A stretch of 64,000 nt of DNA from contig JBIOWE010000006.1 in the NCBI GenBank assembly GCA_044868145.1, positions 218,835-282,834 on the forward strand, given 5' to 3'. A program made the translations under genes and the position numbers. The DNA is from Patescibacteria group bacterium. Lineage in GTDB: Bacteria; Patescibacteriota; Patescibacteriia; UBA10025; JBIOWE01. This document shows positions 26,586 through 36,717 of the stretch, piece after piece (the stretch's first letter is position 1; the number at the start of each line of letters is the position of its first letter). The notes under the pieces were generated by a model. The model was not told where the DNA came from and did no database searches. It was given only the letters and a program-made list of their open reading frames with translations.

Positions 26586-27005
26586 TTATTTATCAAAATA
26601 GTTGCGTCCGGTTTTATATGCTTCTATGTATGAGGGAATTGCCATGAACAAGGGTTTTGGCAAATTGTCTATGTTGTACCAAGCCCACGATTCGATTCTA
26701 TCCGGTTCAACTACCTGCGGCTCGCCGTTTTTCCATTCGGCGACAAAGCCAAGGTCAACATAGTGCTTAGGCGCATAGTCTTTAAAATTGAGTAGTCGCA
26801 GAAATCGAATATTATCAATTTTAATGCCCGTTTCTTCCTTCACTTCTCGTCGAACGCATTCCTCAAAGGATTCCATGTATTCCATGTGCCCGCCCGGCCA
26901 GGCATACTCGCCTTCTCCGTGCGAACCTTTGCGCTTGCCGAGAAGCACTTTCCCGTCTTTTAGGATCATTACGCCTACGCCGACTCTGGGGTATTGTTGT
27001 TCCAT
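26586..27005 (-). CDS. NUDIX hydrolase
   Basis: Nudix box GGHMEYMESFEECVRREVKEETGI. Confidence 0.8.
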   Translation of the reverse strand: MEQQYPRVGVGVMILKDGKVLLGKRKGSHGEGEYAWPGGHMEYMESFEECVRREVKEETGIKIDNIRFLRLLNFKDYAPKHYVDLGFVAEWKNGEPQVVEPDRIESWAWYNIDNLPKPLFMAIPSYIEAYKTGRNYFDK

Positions 27006-27011
27006 ACGTGC

Positions 27012-29756
27012 TTACTTGAGCTGCGTTATTCTTTGACGATGCTCATCAGTGTTTAGCAGGCCGCACTTCTTGTACTTCTTGCCGCTGCCGCACGGGCAAG
27101 GGTCGTTACGTCCGATTTTCTTTCCTTCTGACGTTTTGAGATTGCCGGCGATTGTTTGCGACGTGCCTTTTGGCGTAGGTTGCTGCGTTTGGAGAGGCGA
27201 CGACACGTTTGTTGCTGTTTTTTCCGGCGCGATGAGCGTAACGCCCTGACGCGCTAAGGGTGTCTGGATGGAGGTTTGCGCCAGCGTTATTTTGAAAATC
27301 GAATACGCAATCTGTTTTTGGATGTTGGACATGAGTTCGTTGAATAACCTGTATGCCTCTTTTTTATATTCGACAAGCGGATCGCGCTGACCGTAGCCGC
27401 GCAAGCCAATCCCCTGTCGCAAATGATCCATGATGGTTAAATGTTCGATCCAGAGCGTGTCTATGGTGCGAAGGTACAGTGCATGTTCTATTTGGCGTAT
27501 ACGATTCGCATCCCCGATCGATTTTTCCAGCTGGTCATAGGATAATTGAGCAAGTTGCGTGAAGTACTTCAGTAAGGCGTCGCGCGCATGCATGTCGGAG
27601 GTTTTATCTCCGGCTTTTTCACGAATTTTCTCCATGGCAATGCGCTGCTTTAAATCAATGGGAAATATCGTATCTACCGATTCATAGATTTCATCGATAT
27701 TCCACGTTGCCGCATTATCGGCTGACGTGTGGAAGGAAACGATATGGTCAATTTCATCGTTGATATGGCCCAGAATAATTTGTCGGATTGTCGCGTCTTT
27801 TCTTTGCCCAGCGGAAATTTCCAAGATTTCTCTTCTCCGTTTGTACACAACCGTTCGGTGCTTGTTCATGACGTCATCGTATTCGACCAAGTGCTTGCGA
27901 ATGTCAAAATTATGGCCTTCCACTTTTTTCTGCGCCGCCTCGATTGAACGGCTCACTAACTTATTCTCGATCGGCATGTCATCAGGAATGCCCAGTCTTG
28001 TCATGAGCGTTTTCATTCGGTCCGAGGCAAAGATGCGCATTAAGTCGTCTTCAAGTGAGACGTAGAATTGGGACGATCCTTGATCACCTTGCCTGCCTGA
28101 TCTACCGCGTAATTGGTTATCAATACGCCGGGCCTCGTGACGTTCTGTACCAAGAACGTGTAATCCCCCTAGCTCCTTTACTTTTTGCTGCTCCGCAGGG
28201 TCTTGTGGGTTGCCGCCGAGAATGATGTCAACGCCGCGGCCAGCGATGTTGGTTGCAATCGTAACGCCGCCTAGTTTCCCGGCCTGTGCGATGGTCGCGG
28301 CCTCGCGTTCGTGCTGTTTCGCATTTAAGACGTTATGCGGTATGCCTTGTTGCGTCAAAAGTGCGCTCAAGACTTCATTTCTCTCGATGGAGATAGTGCC
28401 TACGAGAACCGGTTGGCCGAGTTCATGCCGCATTTTAATTTCACGGACGATCGCCTGGAATTTTCCTTCCTCGGTTTTATACACGCGGTCAGGGTCGTCC
28501 TGGCGAATCATTGGTTTATGGGTTGGGACGACAATTACCTCGAGGTTGTAAATTTTGGCGAATTCTTCAGCCTCTGTCGCCGCGGTTCCCGTCATGCCCG
28601 CTAGTTTGCCGTACAAGCGAAAGTAGTTTTGGAACGTAATGGTCGCCAGCGTTTGGCTTTCTTGCTTGATTGAGACATTTTCTTTCGCTTCAATTGCTTG
28701 GTGCAGTCCATCGGAATACCGACGGCCCTGCATTAGCCTGCCCGTAAATTCATCGACGATAATTACTTCCCCGTCCTTCACGACATAATCTCGATCTCGT
28801 TTGAACAATGCTTTTGCGCGCAGCGCTTGTTCGATATGATGAAGCGTTTCGATGCCGCCGGCCTCATAAATATTTTTCATTCCAAGGAATTCTTCCATCC
28901 TAGTTATGCCCTGGTCCGTCAGTGTGGATGCGCGCATTTTTTCGTCAACGTTGTAATCCTGGCCTTCTTGCAGGCGCTCCACAAGCTTCGCGAATCGGTA
29001 ATATTGCTCTGTTGATTCTTCCGCGGGCGCGGAAATAATAAGCGGCGTCCGCGCTTCGTCGATCAAAATGCTGTCTACCTCGTCGACGATGGCGAATACT
29101 AATTCGCGCTGCACCATGTATTCGAGGGTTGGGGCCATGTTGTCTCTCAGGTAGTCGAATCCGAACTCGTTATTGGTTCCATAAAGCACGTCGGAGGCAT
29201 ACGCCTCTTTACGGCTGACCGGGCGAAGATTTTGCATCTCTTGTTTTTCGGTTTGGAAGGTCGGATCAAAGATAAATGCTTGTTCGTGCTGGATGCACCC
29301 AACGCTAATGCCCAGGGTATGATAGACCGGACCCATCCACTGTGTGTCTCGTTTTGCGAGATAGTCGTTTACGGTAATGATGTGAACACATTTTCCCTGC
29401 AAGGTGTTCAGATATGCGGGTAGTGTCGCGACAAGTGTTTTTCCCTCACCCGTTTTCATTTCGGCAATTTTACCATGGTGCAGAACCATACCCCCCATGA
29501 GTTGCACGTCAAAATGTCTCATTTTAATTGATCGTTTTGCTGCCTCTCGGACGCTGGCGAACGCCTCGGGCAGAATTACGTCAAGCCCTTCCTTCTTGTT
29601 GACTCTTTTTCGAAATTCGTCTGTTTTTTGTTTTAATTGTTCTAACGTAAAACTCTCGAACGTATGTTCGAGTTTATTGATGCTATCGACGAGAGGCTGG
29701 AGTTTCTGGGCCTCTCGTTTATTTTGATCTCCAAATAATTTAGCAAAAACTGCCAT
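27012..29756 (-). CDS. secA: Preprotein translocase ATPase SecA with C-terminal zinc-binding motif
   Basis: DEAD-like motor domains and a C-terminal CPCGSGKKYKKC. Confidence 0.95.
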   Translation of the reverse strand: MAVFAKLFGDQNKREAQKLQPLVDSINKLEHTFESFTLEQLKQKTDEFRKRVNKKEGLDVILPEAFASVREAAKRSIKMRHFDVQLMGGMVLHHGKIAEMKTGEGKTLVATLPAYLNTLQGKCVHIITVNDYLAKRDTQWMGPVYHTLGISVGCIQHEQAFIFDPTFQTEKQEMQNLRPVSRKEAYASDVLYGTNNEFGFDYLRDNMAPTLEYMVQRELVFAIVDEVDSILIDEARTPLIISAPAEESTEQYYRFAKLVERLQEGQDYNVDEKMRASTLTDQGITRMEEFLGMKNIYEAGGIETLHHIEQALRAKALFKRDRDYVVKDGEVIIVDEFTGRLMQGRRYSDGLHQAIEAKENVSIKQESQTLATITFQNYFRLYGKLAGMTGTAATEAEEFAKIYNLEVIVVPTHKPMIRQDDPDRVYKTEEGKFQAIVREIKMRHELGQPVLVGTISIERNEVLSALLTQQGIPHNVLNAKQHEREAATIAQAGKLGGVTIATNIAGRGVDIILGGNPQDPAEQQKVKELGGLHVLGTERHEARRIDNQLRGRSGRQGDQGSSQFYVSLEDDLMRIFASDRMKTLMTRLGIPDDMPIENKLVSRSIEAAQKKVEGHNFDIRKHLVEYDDVMNKHRTVVYKRRREILEISAGQRKDATIRQIILGHINDEIDHIVSFHTSADNAATWNIDEIYESVDTIFPIDLKQRIAMEKIREKAGDKTSDMHARDALLKYFTQLAQLSYDQLEKSIGDANRIRQIEHALYLRTIDTLWIEHLTIMDHLRQGIGLRGYGQRDPLVEYKKEAYRLFNELMSNIQKQIAYSIFKITLAQTSIQTPLARQGVTLIAPEKTATNVSSPLQTQQPTPKGTSQTIAGNLKTSEGKKIGRNDPCPCGSGKKYKKCGLLNTDEHRQRITQLK

Positions 29757-29815
29757 GGCTGTCCGTCAATGCATTGTAGCAAATGACAGCGTTTTGGCAA
29801 GACGGAGGAGTCGAA

Positions 29816-30712
29816 TCAGCCTGCTGGACGGGAGTTATCCACAGCGAGTTTCATGAAATTGTAGACAAGTTTTGCCGCAAGAAAATTCGGAGCTTCAAGG
29901 CCCGGAATTGGCTTGAGCTCAACGGCGTCCGCGCCGACTATGTTGACAGAACGAAAAACTTTTTCTACGAAATTGAGCACCTCGTACCACCCTAATCCTC
30001 CAGGTTCAGGCGTGCCGACGGATGGCATGATCGATGGGTCGAAGCAATCAAAATCAAAGGTTATGTACACATTTCTCGTTAAACCCTTTAGCACCGTTTT
30101 GAGTGGCGGAATGTTAGGAGCATAATACACGGTCCTGATGCGGTGTTTTCTTATGTACTGTTCTGATTCAGCATTGATATTTCTGATTCCAATGGAAACG
30201 GTGGGGACATTGAGTTCTCTGATCCTCCGCATCACGCAAGCATGGCTCCACTTTGTTCCTTCAAACGAATTGAGGAAATCCGTGTGGGCATCAAAGTGGA
30301 GCACGGAGATGTCTTTGATTTTTTGCTTGACCGCCTTTACGGCGCCGTAGGTAATCGAATGCTCCCCGCCGAGTGTTATCGGAAATTTTCCCTCTCTCAC
30401 TGCTTTGTCCGTGATAACCTGCTGCACACCATCAAGCGCTTTTGCGGGAGAGTCTTTTGAAACGACGATTTCATCAAGGGTGAAAACATCAGTGGACGCG
30501 AGCCCCACAAGTTTATCTTTTTCGGCTGCGTCGAGCATTTCATCAAGATACCGGGAATTTTCGATAATTGAATAGGGCCCCGCGTTTGTACCGGAAGAAA
30601 AAGAAACCGTTCCTTCATACGGTATGGGAAAAATGACAACCTTCGCTTTCTGAAAATCTTGTTTGTGAACCGCGCCAAAATTAAACGGCCACAACTCGTA
30701 GGTTTTAGTCAT
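29816..30712 (-). CDS. speB: Agmatinase/arginase-family ureohydrolase (likely agmatinase)
   Basis: HFDAHTD and DFDCFDPS metal-binding motifs. Start probably at MTKTYELW. Confidence 0.75.
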   Translation of the reverse strand: MTKTYELWPFNFGAVHKQDFQKAKVVIFPIPYEGTVSFSSGTNAGPYSIIENSRYLDEMLDAAEKDKLVGLASTDVFTLDEIVVSKDSPAKALDGVQQVITDKAVREGKFPITLGGEHSITYGAVKAVKQKIKDISVLHFDAHTDFLNSFEGTKWSHACVMRRIRELNVPTVSIGIRNINAESEQYIRKHRIRTVYYAPNIPPLKTVLKGLTRNVYITFDFDCFDPSIMPSVGTPEPGGLGWYEVLNFVEKVFRSVNIVGADAVELKPIPGLEAPNFLAAKLVYNFMKLAVDNSRPAG

Positions 30713-31338
30713 TCCATGAGAAAGACTGCCGCGGCGACAACAGATGTCCAAAGTCCATTTTTGTCACCGATCGCAGACTGTGTAATGTTCATGGTATTGA
30801 CGATTTCGTTGGATATCTTCCAGAGTTCCTTCCGCTCATCATAGGAGACGTTGGGATCGAACTCTACGCCGAGCGTAGTTGCTAGCATCTGCGCTGCGAG
30901 ATCCTCTGCATAGTCCCCGGCTTTTTCTTCGGTTTCACCAAATGGATGGTGTTCCGAAAGATACCCATACTGGCTTTGGTCAGCAGGAATGGCGACGCCA
31001 ATCGAAGCCGCTATCAGTCTATTGGATTCGTACGTTTCGTTCCGTGCCATTACGCAGAAGGTTACCTGACCAGGCATCAATTGCCGCAATCCGTCGTCTT
31101 TGTAAATACGCTTGCACCCGGGAGGTAAAATGGAAGAAACTGTAACCAAGTTGCATTTTTCAATGCCCGCGTCTCGCAAGGCGAGCTCAAACGAAGAAAG
31201 ACGTTCCTTATGCCGGCCGACGCCTCGCGTGAAAAAAACTTTTTTTGGGACAAAGGGTGAATGCGAACTTGCTTTTTCTGCGCTTCCTTCTTCTATTTTT
31301 TTACTCGATTCATGCTCCTTCTGTTGGTTGTTGCTCAT
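30709..31338 (-). CDS. pdaD: Pyruvoyl-dependent arginine decarboxylase (PdaD family)
   Basis: VFFTRGVG...[12 protein letters not shown] matches the PdaD self-cleavage Ser-Ser region. The N-terminal ~25 aa may be an extension or an alternative start (ORF-track start 31407). Confidence 0.7.
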   Translation of the reverse strand: MSNNQQKEHESSKKIEEGSAEKASSHSPFVPKKVFFTRGVGRHKERLSSFELALRDAGIEKCNLVTVSSILPPGCKRIYKDDGLRQLMPGQVTFCVMARNETYESNRLIAASIGVAIPADQSQYGYLSEHHPFGETEEKAGDYAEDLAAQMLATTLGVEFDPNVSYDERKELWKISNEIVNTMNITQSAIGDKNGLWTSVVAAAVFLME

Positions 31339-31476
31339 TGTCTGTGTTCTTACAATTTCGTGGGTGCAGATTTTATTTCTCAATTGCGTTACTGACCGTG
31401 CTCCCACGTGGTGCGTTGTGGATAACTTTCTTCTGTATCTATTTTACAGTCTTTTTTTTCGCAATACAATAGATTT

Positions 31477-32361
31477 TTAGAAACCTACATATCGAATTTC
31501 TTCCTGAAGTTGGATTCCTTTTGCATCGCGAACTTGTTGCTTAATGAAACTGATCAGCATAACAATTTGTTCTGCCGTCGCACCGCCGAGGTTAACAATA
31601 AAATTTGCATGATCTTCGGATACCTGGGCGCGGCCAATTGTTTTTCCTTTAAGACCAATTTCTTGGATAAGTTTCCCAGAGGACATTCCAGGCGGGTTTT
31701 TAAAAATGCAACCGGCGCACGCGTCGCCCGTGGGTTGCTTGTTTCTTTTTTTGATATAACTGGACATTGTATCGAGTATTTCTTTCTTGGAGGACTTTGA
31801 GAGTTCAAACGTTGCAGACAAAATTACTTCCTTTTCGTTGTGTTTGAACCTTGATATACGATATCCGAATGCGCAGTCTTGGTTTGGAATTTTCATCATC
31901 CTCCGCGTGTTCGTGTCGAAGACCTGTGCAGAAGTAATTTTTTCGCCAATGAATTCCTTCATGGTGCCCGCGTTGCCTGCGACTGCACCGCCGAGTTGAG
32001 CTGGAATGCCCACCATATACTCAAGTCCCGATAATTCATTTTTTGCAAGTTCAACCAAAAAACGCGAGAGCGGAAAGCCCGCTTCGACCGTGACGCTTGT
32101 GTCGTCAATCTGTATTTTCTTATTCGCAGTTTTAATAACAAGCCCGGGGAATCCTTGATCCGATACGAGAACATTACTGCCGGCGCCAAGTAGATAATAT
32201 GGTATTCCATCGTCAAGCGCTGCCTCAAGTGCTTGAACAATCGCATCGCTTGTTTCGGCAATAAGAAAGTATCTTGCCGGTCCACCCACTTTAAAGGTCG
32301 TATATGGGGCAAGCGGTTCGTTTTTTTTCACTCCCAGCAAGTTCACTACGGAGTTTTTCAT
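31477..32361 (-). CDS. murB: UDP-N-acetylenolpyruvoylglucosamine reductase
   Basis: FAD-binding N-terminus PYTTFKVGGPARYF and LLGAGSNVL. Confidence 0.9.
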   Translation of the reverse strand: MKNSVVNLLGVKKNEPLAPYTTFKVGGPARYFLIAETSDAIVQALEAALDDGIPYYLLGAGSNVLVSDQGFPGLVIKTANKKIQIDDTSVTVEAGFPLSRFLVELAKNELSGLEYMVGIPAQLGGAVAGNAGTMKEFIGEKITSAQVFDTNTRRMMKIPNQDCAFGYRISRFKHNEKEVILSATFELSKSSKKEILDTMSSYIKKRNKQPTGDACAGCIFKNPPGMSSGKLIQEIGLKGKTIGRAQVSEDHANFIVNLGGATAEQIVMLISFIKQQVRDAKGIQLQEEIRYVGF

Positions 32362-32436
32362 TTCATTGACATTTTACCACGTTTTGATAGTGTTTGGGTA
32401 GAAACGTTCTTTACCAAAAAAAAGGAGGTGATTGTT

Positions 32437-33144
32437 GTGACTGACCCAGAACGTTGGGTGCGAAGTTTTCTTGAAACATTGTCCAACCCACAAGGGAGGC
32501 GGAATGCAATTCTTGCTGCTATTGTTGGTGCTGCTATAGCAGCGTTCCTGCATATTGGCAGAAGGGCTTTCCGATATTTCCTTAACCCCGAACGTCAAAT
32601 GAACCGACTTGCCAATGCCATGGACTCTGCGATTCGACAGTTTCATTCTGTGCAAGCAGTCACAGTTACGCTGCGAAGTTTTTTCGGTAAGAAAATTACT
32701 GTGACAGTGACCGCCCAAACTCTTGCGCAACGTATTAAGGAACAAACAAATAAGCTCTTAAGTCTGAAAGAGCAACAAAAGCTGCGTAATAAAGCATTTA
32801 GGGAGCTGCAGAAGGCCACTGATAAGAGTAAGTACGTTCGGGTCTACAGTGAGTCTGAAGGAAAGCTAACACTTTGGCAGACAAACTGGACAGATGTTCT
32901 GAATGTAAAATCAGATCGGCCTCGTATTATAGAGCCCGGCGATAACATCTCGGAAGGCCAGATCATTGCTAAAGTACACACTGATGATAATCACGTGGTG
33001 AACATCACGAGTCCAGTCAATGGGTGGGTGATGCTGCTCAGGCGGTTAAAAAAAGTCAAGAAAGGCGATGAGATTGCCGTAATCTCGCGCAGTGAGGAGC
33101 AAACTGAACAGCGAGCTACTTCTCCAAGTGAGGTCAAGACATAA
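32437..33144 (+). CDS. Membrane-anchored coiled-coil protein with a C-terminal biotin/lipoyl-like (membrane-fusion-protein-type) beta-hairpin domain; function unknown
   Basis: GTG start at 32437 preceded by the SD AAAGGAGGTG. TM helix NAILAAIVGAAIAAFLHIG, a coiled coil, and a C-terminal IEPGDNISEGQIIAKVHTDDNHVVNITSPVNGWVMLL...KGDEIAVI. It is the only plus-strand gene inside the minus-strand dcw block. Confidence 0.5.
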   Translation: MTDPERWVRSFLETLSNPQGRRNAILAAIVGAAIAAFLHIGRRAFRYFLNPERQMNRLANAMDSAIRQFHSVQAVTVTLRSFFGKKITVTVTAQTLAQRIKEQTNKLLSLKEQQKLRNKAFRELQKATDKSKYVRVYSESEGKLTLWQTNWTDVLNVKSDRPRIIEPGDNISEGQIIAKVHTDDNHVVNITSPVNGWVMLLRRLKKVKKGDEIAVISRSEEQTEQRATSPSEVKT

Positions 33145-33161
33145 AACCCCGCGCAATGTAT

Positions 33162-34559
33162 TCAAGAGCGGGGTTTTTCTTTTGACAAAAGTTTCAATAA
33201 ATCATCGCTGATTCGCGTGATCGTTCCGGCGCCCATAGTTATGACGACGTCTTGCGGTTCGAGCCTTGATAGAAGCGCTTTTGGTATTGCGTGGAGGTTC
33301 TTAATGAATTCTGCGTTTTGACCCGATCTTTGCTTTATTGGCGCAACAAGTTTTTTTGCTGAGATACGTCGCTCATTTTCACGGCCTGCGACGTCGTATA
33401 CTTCCGTGAGTATTAGTTTATCCGCGTCTCGAAAGGCGCCCACAAATCCGTCAAATAAGCGTATCGTACGATTATGGCTGTGGGGTTGGTAAATGCACCA
33501 AATACGCCGGTTTGGGAACCGTTGTTTTACCGCAGCCAGCGTTGCTTGTATCTCTGTCGGATGATGCGCATAGTCATCTATTACAGTTATACCGCGTTTC
33601 GTCCCCTTTATTTCGAATCTACGCCAGGCGCCAGCATAGCTTTTAAGCGATTTTCGAATAATATCCTTTGGAATGCCGAGCGCCATGCTCATGATCGCCG
33701 CGGCGGCTGCGTTGGCAATGTTATGTCGACCGGGCACTTGAAGGGTCAGGTTCACTGCGTATTTCCCTTTTAACTCGAACGTGCTGTGCGAAGGTCTCGT
33801 TCTTACAAAACGTATCCCAACATCAGCCTTCCCCATGCCAAAAGTTATGACGCGACAAGACGCTTGCCCGAGAATGCTTCGCACATGAGGGTCGTCGTTA
33901 TTCGCCACCAGGATCCCCTCCTCCGGTAATCGGCGAATGTATGTAGCGAACGTTTGTTTGATATGTTGCACGTTTCTATAGAAGTCCAAATGGTCCGTCT
34001 CGATATTCGTTAGAATAATTGCAGCAGGACGATATGACAAAAAAGCGGCTTTGTATTCATCGCCCTCGACAATCATATATTTTCCTTTGCCATACCGCGC
34101 ATTCCGATCGAGCAAAAGCTTGAGCTTACTTCCTACAATGACCGTTGGATCAAGATACGCCTGAATGAAGATGGTCGCGAGCATGGCCGTGGTAGTCGTT
34201 TTGCCGTGCGTACCGGAGACCGCAATACCGTACTTCCCGTCCATGACTTCTCCGATTGCTTCCGGGTACGTTAGCACTGGGATGTTTTTATGACGAGCTT
34301 TCTGGATGACTGTGCTTTTTTCCGGGACCGCGGTGGAATAAATCAAAGCCTGCGTCGCGGTCGGTAGATAGGTAAGCGATTTTTTTTCGAGTGTAATATG
34401 GTAGCCTAGTTTTTGAAAACGTTCTGTGATTTCAGAGCTAACAATGTCAGCGCCTGTAATCGTTTTTCCCTGCTTGATCAGAATATGTGCGAGCCCAGAA
34501 AGGCCGATTCCGCCAACCCCAACAAGGTGGATTTTTTTGACTTTTCGTAAGGCATTCAT
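33162..34559 (-). CDS. murC: UDP-N-acetylmuramate--L-alanine ligase
   Basis: IHLVGVGGIGLSGLA and the Mur ligase motifs. Confidence 0.9.
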   Translation of the reverse strand: MNALRKVKKIHLVGVGGIGLSGLAHILIKQGKTITGADIVSSEITERFQKLGYHITLEKKSLTYLPTATQALIYSTAVPEKSTVIQKARHKNIPVLTYPEAIGEVMDGKYGIAVSGTHGKTTTTAMLATIFIQAYLDPTVIVGSKLKLLLDRNARYGKGKYMIVEGDEYKAAFLSYRPAAIILTNIETDHLDFYRNVQHIKQTFATYIRRLPEEGILVANNDDPHVRSILGQASCRVITFGMGKADVGIRFVRTRPSHSTFELKGKYAVNLTLQVPGRHNIANAAAAAIMSMALGIPKDIIRKSLKSYAGAWRRFEIKGTKRGITVIDDYAHHPTEIQATLAAVKQRFPNRRIWCIYQPHSHNRTIRLFDGFVGAFRDADKLILTEVYDVAGRENERRISAKKLVAPIKQRSGQNAEFIKNLHAIPKALLSRLEPQDVVITMGAGTITRISDDLLKLLSKEKPRS

Positions 34560-35617
34560 GAAGTAATTTGTACAATTTTATTTACTATTTGGGTTGTAGC
34601 GTCCTGAGGAAAGAGGGCGCGGATGTTTTTTCCTAGATTCTGTCTCGCGTTTATATCATCAAGTAGCGTAAGGACTGCCTTTTTCAGGGCGTCCGGACCG
34701 CTTTGTTCATGGACTATAATCGCAGCTTTTTTTCTATGCAAGTAGTCAGCATTCACTTCCTGATGGGTATGTGGCAACGGCACGAGAATAGCCGGCTTGC
34801 TAAGAGCTGCAAATTCTCCAATTGCGCTCATCCCGGCGCGGGAAATAATTACATCTGCAACTGATAGCACATGTTTCATCTGATCGAGCAATAAGGGGTA
34901 CGTGCGGTAATGCGGGTGCTGGAAGGTTGGTCCTGTCTTCTCCGGGCCCAGTATATGGATTACTTGAGCACGTTGAACGAGCGCAGGAGCAATTTTACCA
35001 ACAGAATTGTTAAGCGTTTGTGCTCCGGTTCCTCCTCCTAAGATTAAGAGGGTCGGTAAAGACTTATCTAATTGAAAATAGTTGATTGCTGCCTGTCGGG
35101 ATCCTTCCAAAATGTCCTGCCGGACAGGATTGCCAGTCGCAATTGTTTTTTTTGGCGGAAAGAATCTTGCCGTTTCTTCAACGGTAACAGTTATTACGTT
35201 GGCAAAGAGGGCCGTAAGAATGTTTGAAAGTGAAGGACGGACGTCTTGCTGATGGATAAGAATTTTTTTTCTCAGCACCCACGCTGCCCAGATTACTGGC
35301 ACAGAAACAAATCCGCCAGCGCCAATCACAATGTCTGGACGGAATCGGCCGACGTATACGAGCGCCTGCACAAAGCCCAGAAGCAGTTCGAACGGAGCGA
35401 TAATGGTCCGTACGTCAAGATACCGACGAAGTTTTGCACTGTGAATCCCGACAAACGGAAGATTGTATGACTGGGCAATGGCCCGCTCTGGCATGGCCCG
35501 TTTCGTGCCAATGAAGAGAAAATTCGTATCGGGTTTCTGCTTCCGAAGTGCAACGGCAATGGCAACAAGCGGCATAACAGAGCCCGCAGTACCGCCGCCC
35601 GATAAAATGACTTTCAT
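34556..35617 (-). CDS. murG: UDP-GlcNAc:undecaprenyl-PP-MurNAc-pentapeptide GlcNAc transferase
   Basis: N-terminal GGGTAGS and C-terminal GGGTGAQ motifs. Confidence 0.9.
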   Translation of the reverse strand: MKVILSGGGTAGSVMPLVAIAVALRKQKPDTNFLFIGTKRAMPERAIAQSYNLPFVGIHSAKLRRYLDVRTIIAPFELLLGFVQALVYVGRFRPDIVIGAGGFVSVPVIWAAWVLRKKILIHQQDVRPSLSNILTALFANVITVTVEETARFFPPKKTIATGNPVRQDILEGSRQAAINYFQLDKSLPTLLILGGGTGAQTLNNSVGKIAPALVQRAQVIHILGPEKTGPTFQHPHYRTYPLLLDQMKHVLSVADVIISRAGMSAIGEFAALSKPAILVPLPHTHQEVNADYLHRKKAAIIVHEQSGPDALKKAVLTLLDDINARQNLGKNIRALFPQDATTQIVNKIVQITS

Positions 35618-36717
35618 GTTTTTCTTTGTCTTGAAATATTTAGGATGATGCCAACAGCGGCAAGGGAAGCAATGAGCGCGGAGCTGCCATAACTGATAAA
35701 TGGTAACGGAATCCCAGTAAGTGGAAGTAATCCGACCATGGCGCCTATATTCACAAACGCCTGGAGGACGAACCAGACGATAACGCCGACAGTAAGGAGT
35801 TTCGCAAACGTGTCCGGCGCTGACCTGGCTATACGCAGGCCGCGGTACATGATGGCAACAAAGAGAATAATAAGACCCGCGGATAAGATTAATCCTAACT
35901 CCTCGGCGATGATAGCAAATATGGAATCCCCCGTTACTTCAGGTAAATAGAGGAATTTTTGTCTTGAGTGGCCAAGTCCCAGCCCGAAAATTCCGCCACT
36001 GCCAATTGCTAGCAGCGCTTGATTGACATGATAACCAATGCCCTGGGGATCGAGAGCGGGATTCAAGAAAACGGTTAGGCGTTCAACGCGATAAGGCGCA
36101 ATGTGTATTAATAATGCGAAAACGCCGACTGCCCCAGTAATGATTACCGCGAGCAGCCGAAATGGCGCGCCGGCCGTGAAGTAGATAGCGAGCGCTATAA
36201 GACTTATGGTAAACATTGTTCCCATGTCGGGTTGAAACATAATCAGAACGATGATAATGCCAACCATCATAAGGAACGGTAAGAACCCATAGCCAGTTTC
36301 TTTTTTGTGCGCCTGCGACTTTTCGAAAAAAGCCGCCAAATAAATAATAAGGGTAAGTTTCAAGAATTCCGACGGTTGGAAAATAACCGAACCGACTTGA
36401 ATCCAACGCCGTGCCCCGCCGTATTCGTAGCCAATTCCAGGGAGCAACACGGCGATCAGCAGTAAGATGTTGAACGCCAGTAGCAGGAAGGCCCACTTTC
36501 GCCATATGCGGTAATCAATTTTGCTCAGAACGAAGAGTAAAAGGCCGCCTATGAGTACGCCATTAAGGATTTGATGCTGCAGGAAATAGTTGCTATTTTG
36601 GAATTTTTCAAAACCAATGACGGAGGAAGCGGAGGCGAGCATAAGTAATCCGATAAGCACAAGGATCACGATGAGTACAAGAAAAATATAGTCGGGTTTT
36701 TTACTTGACCTTGTCAT
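35614..36717 (-). CDS. ftsW: SEDS-family peptidoglycan glycosyltransferase FtsW/RodA
   Basis: GARRWIQVGSVIFQPSEFLK motif and 10 TM helices. Confidence 0.85.
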   Translation of the reverse strand: MTRSSKKPDYIFLVLIVILVLIGLLMLASASSVIGFEKFQNSNYFLQHQILNGVLIGGLLLFVLSKIDYRIWRKWAFLLLAFNILLLIAVLLPGIGYEYGGARRWIQVGSVIFQPSEFLKLTLIIYLAAFFEKSQAHKKETGYGFLPFLMMVGIIIVLIMFQPDMGTMFTISLIALAIYFTAGAPFRLLAVIITGAVGVFALLIHIAPYRVERLTVFLNPALDPQGIGYHVNQALLAIGSGGIFGLGLGHSRQKFLYLPEVTGDSIFAIIAEELGLILSAGLIILFVAIMYRGLRIARSAPDTFAKLLTVGVIVWFVLQAFVNIGAMVGLLPLTGIPLPFISYGSSALIASLAAVGIILNISRQRKT

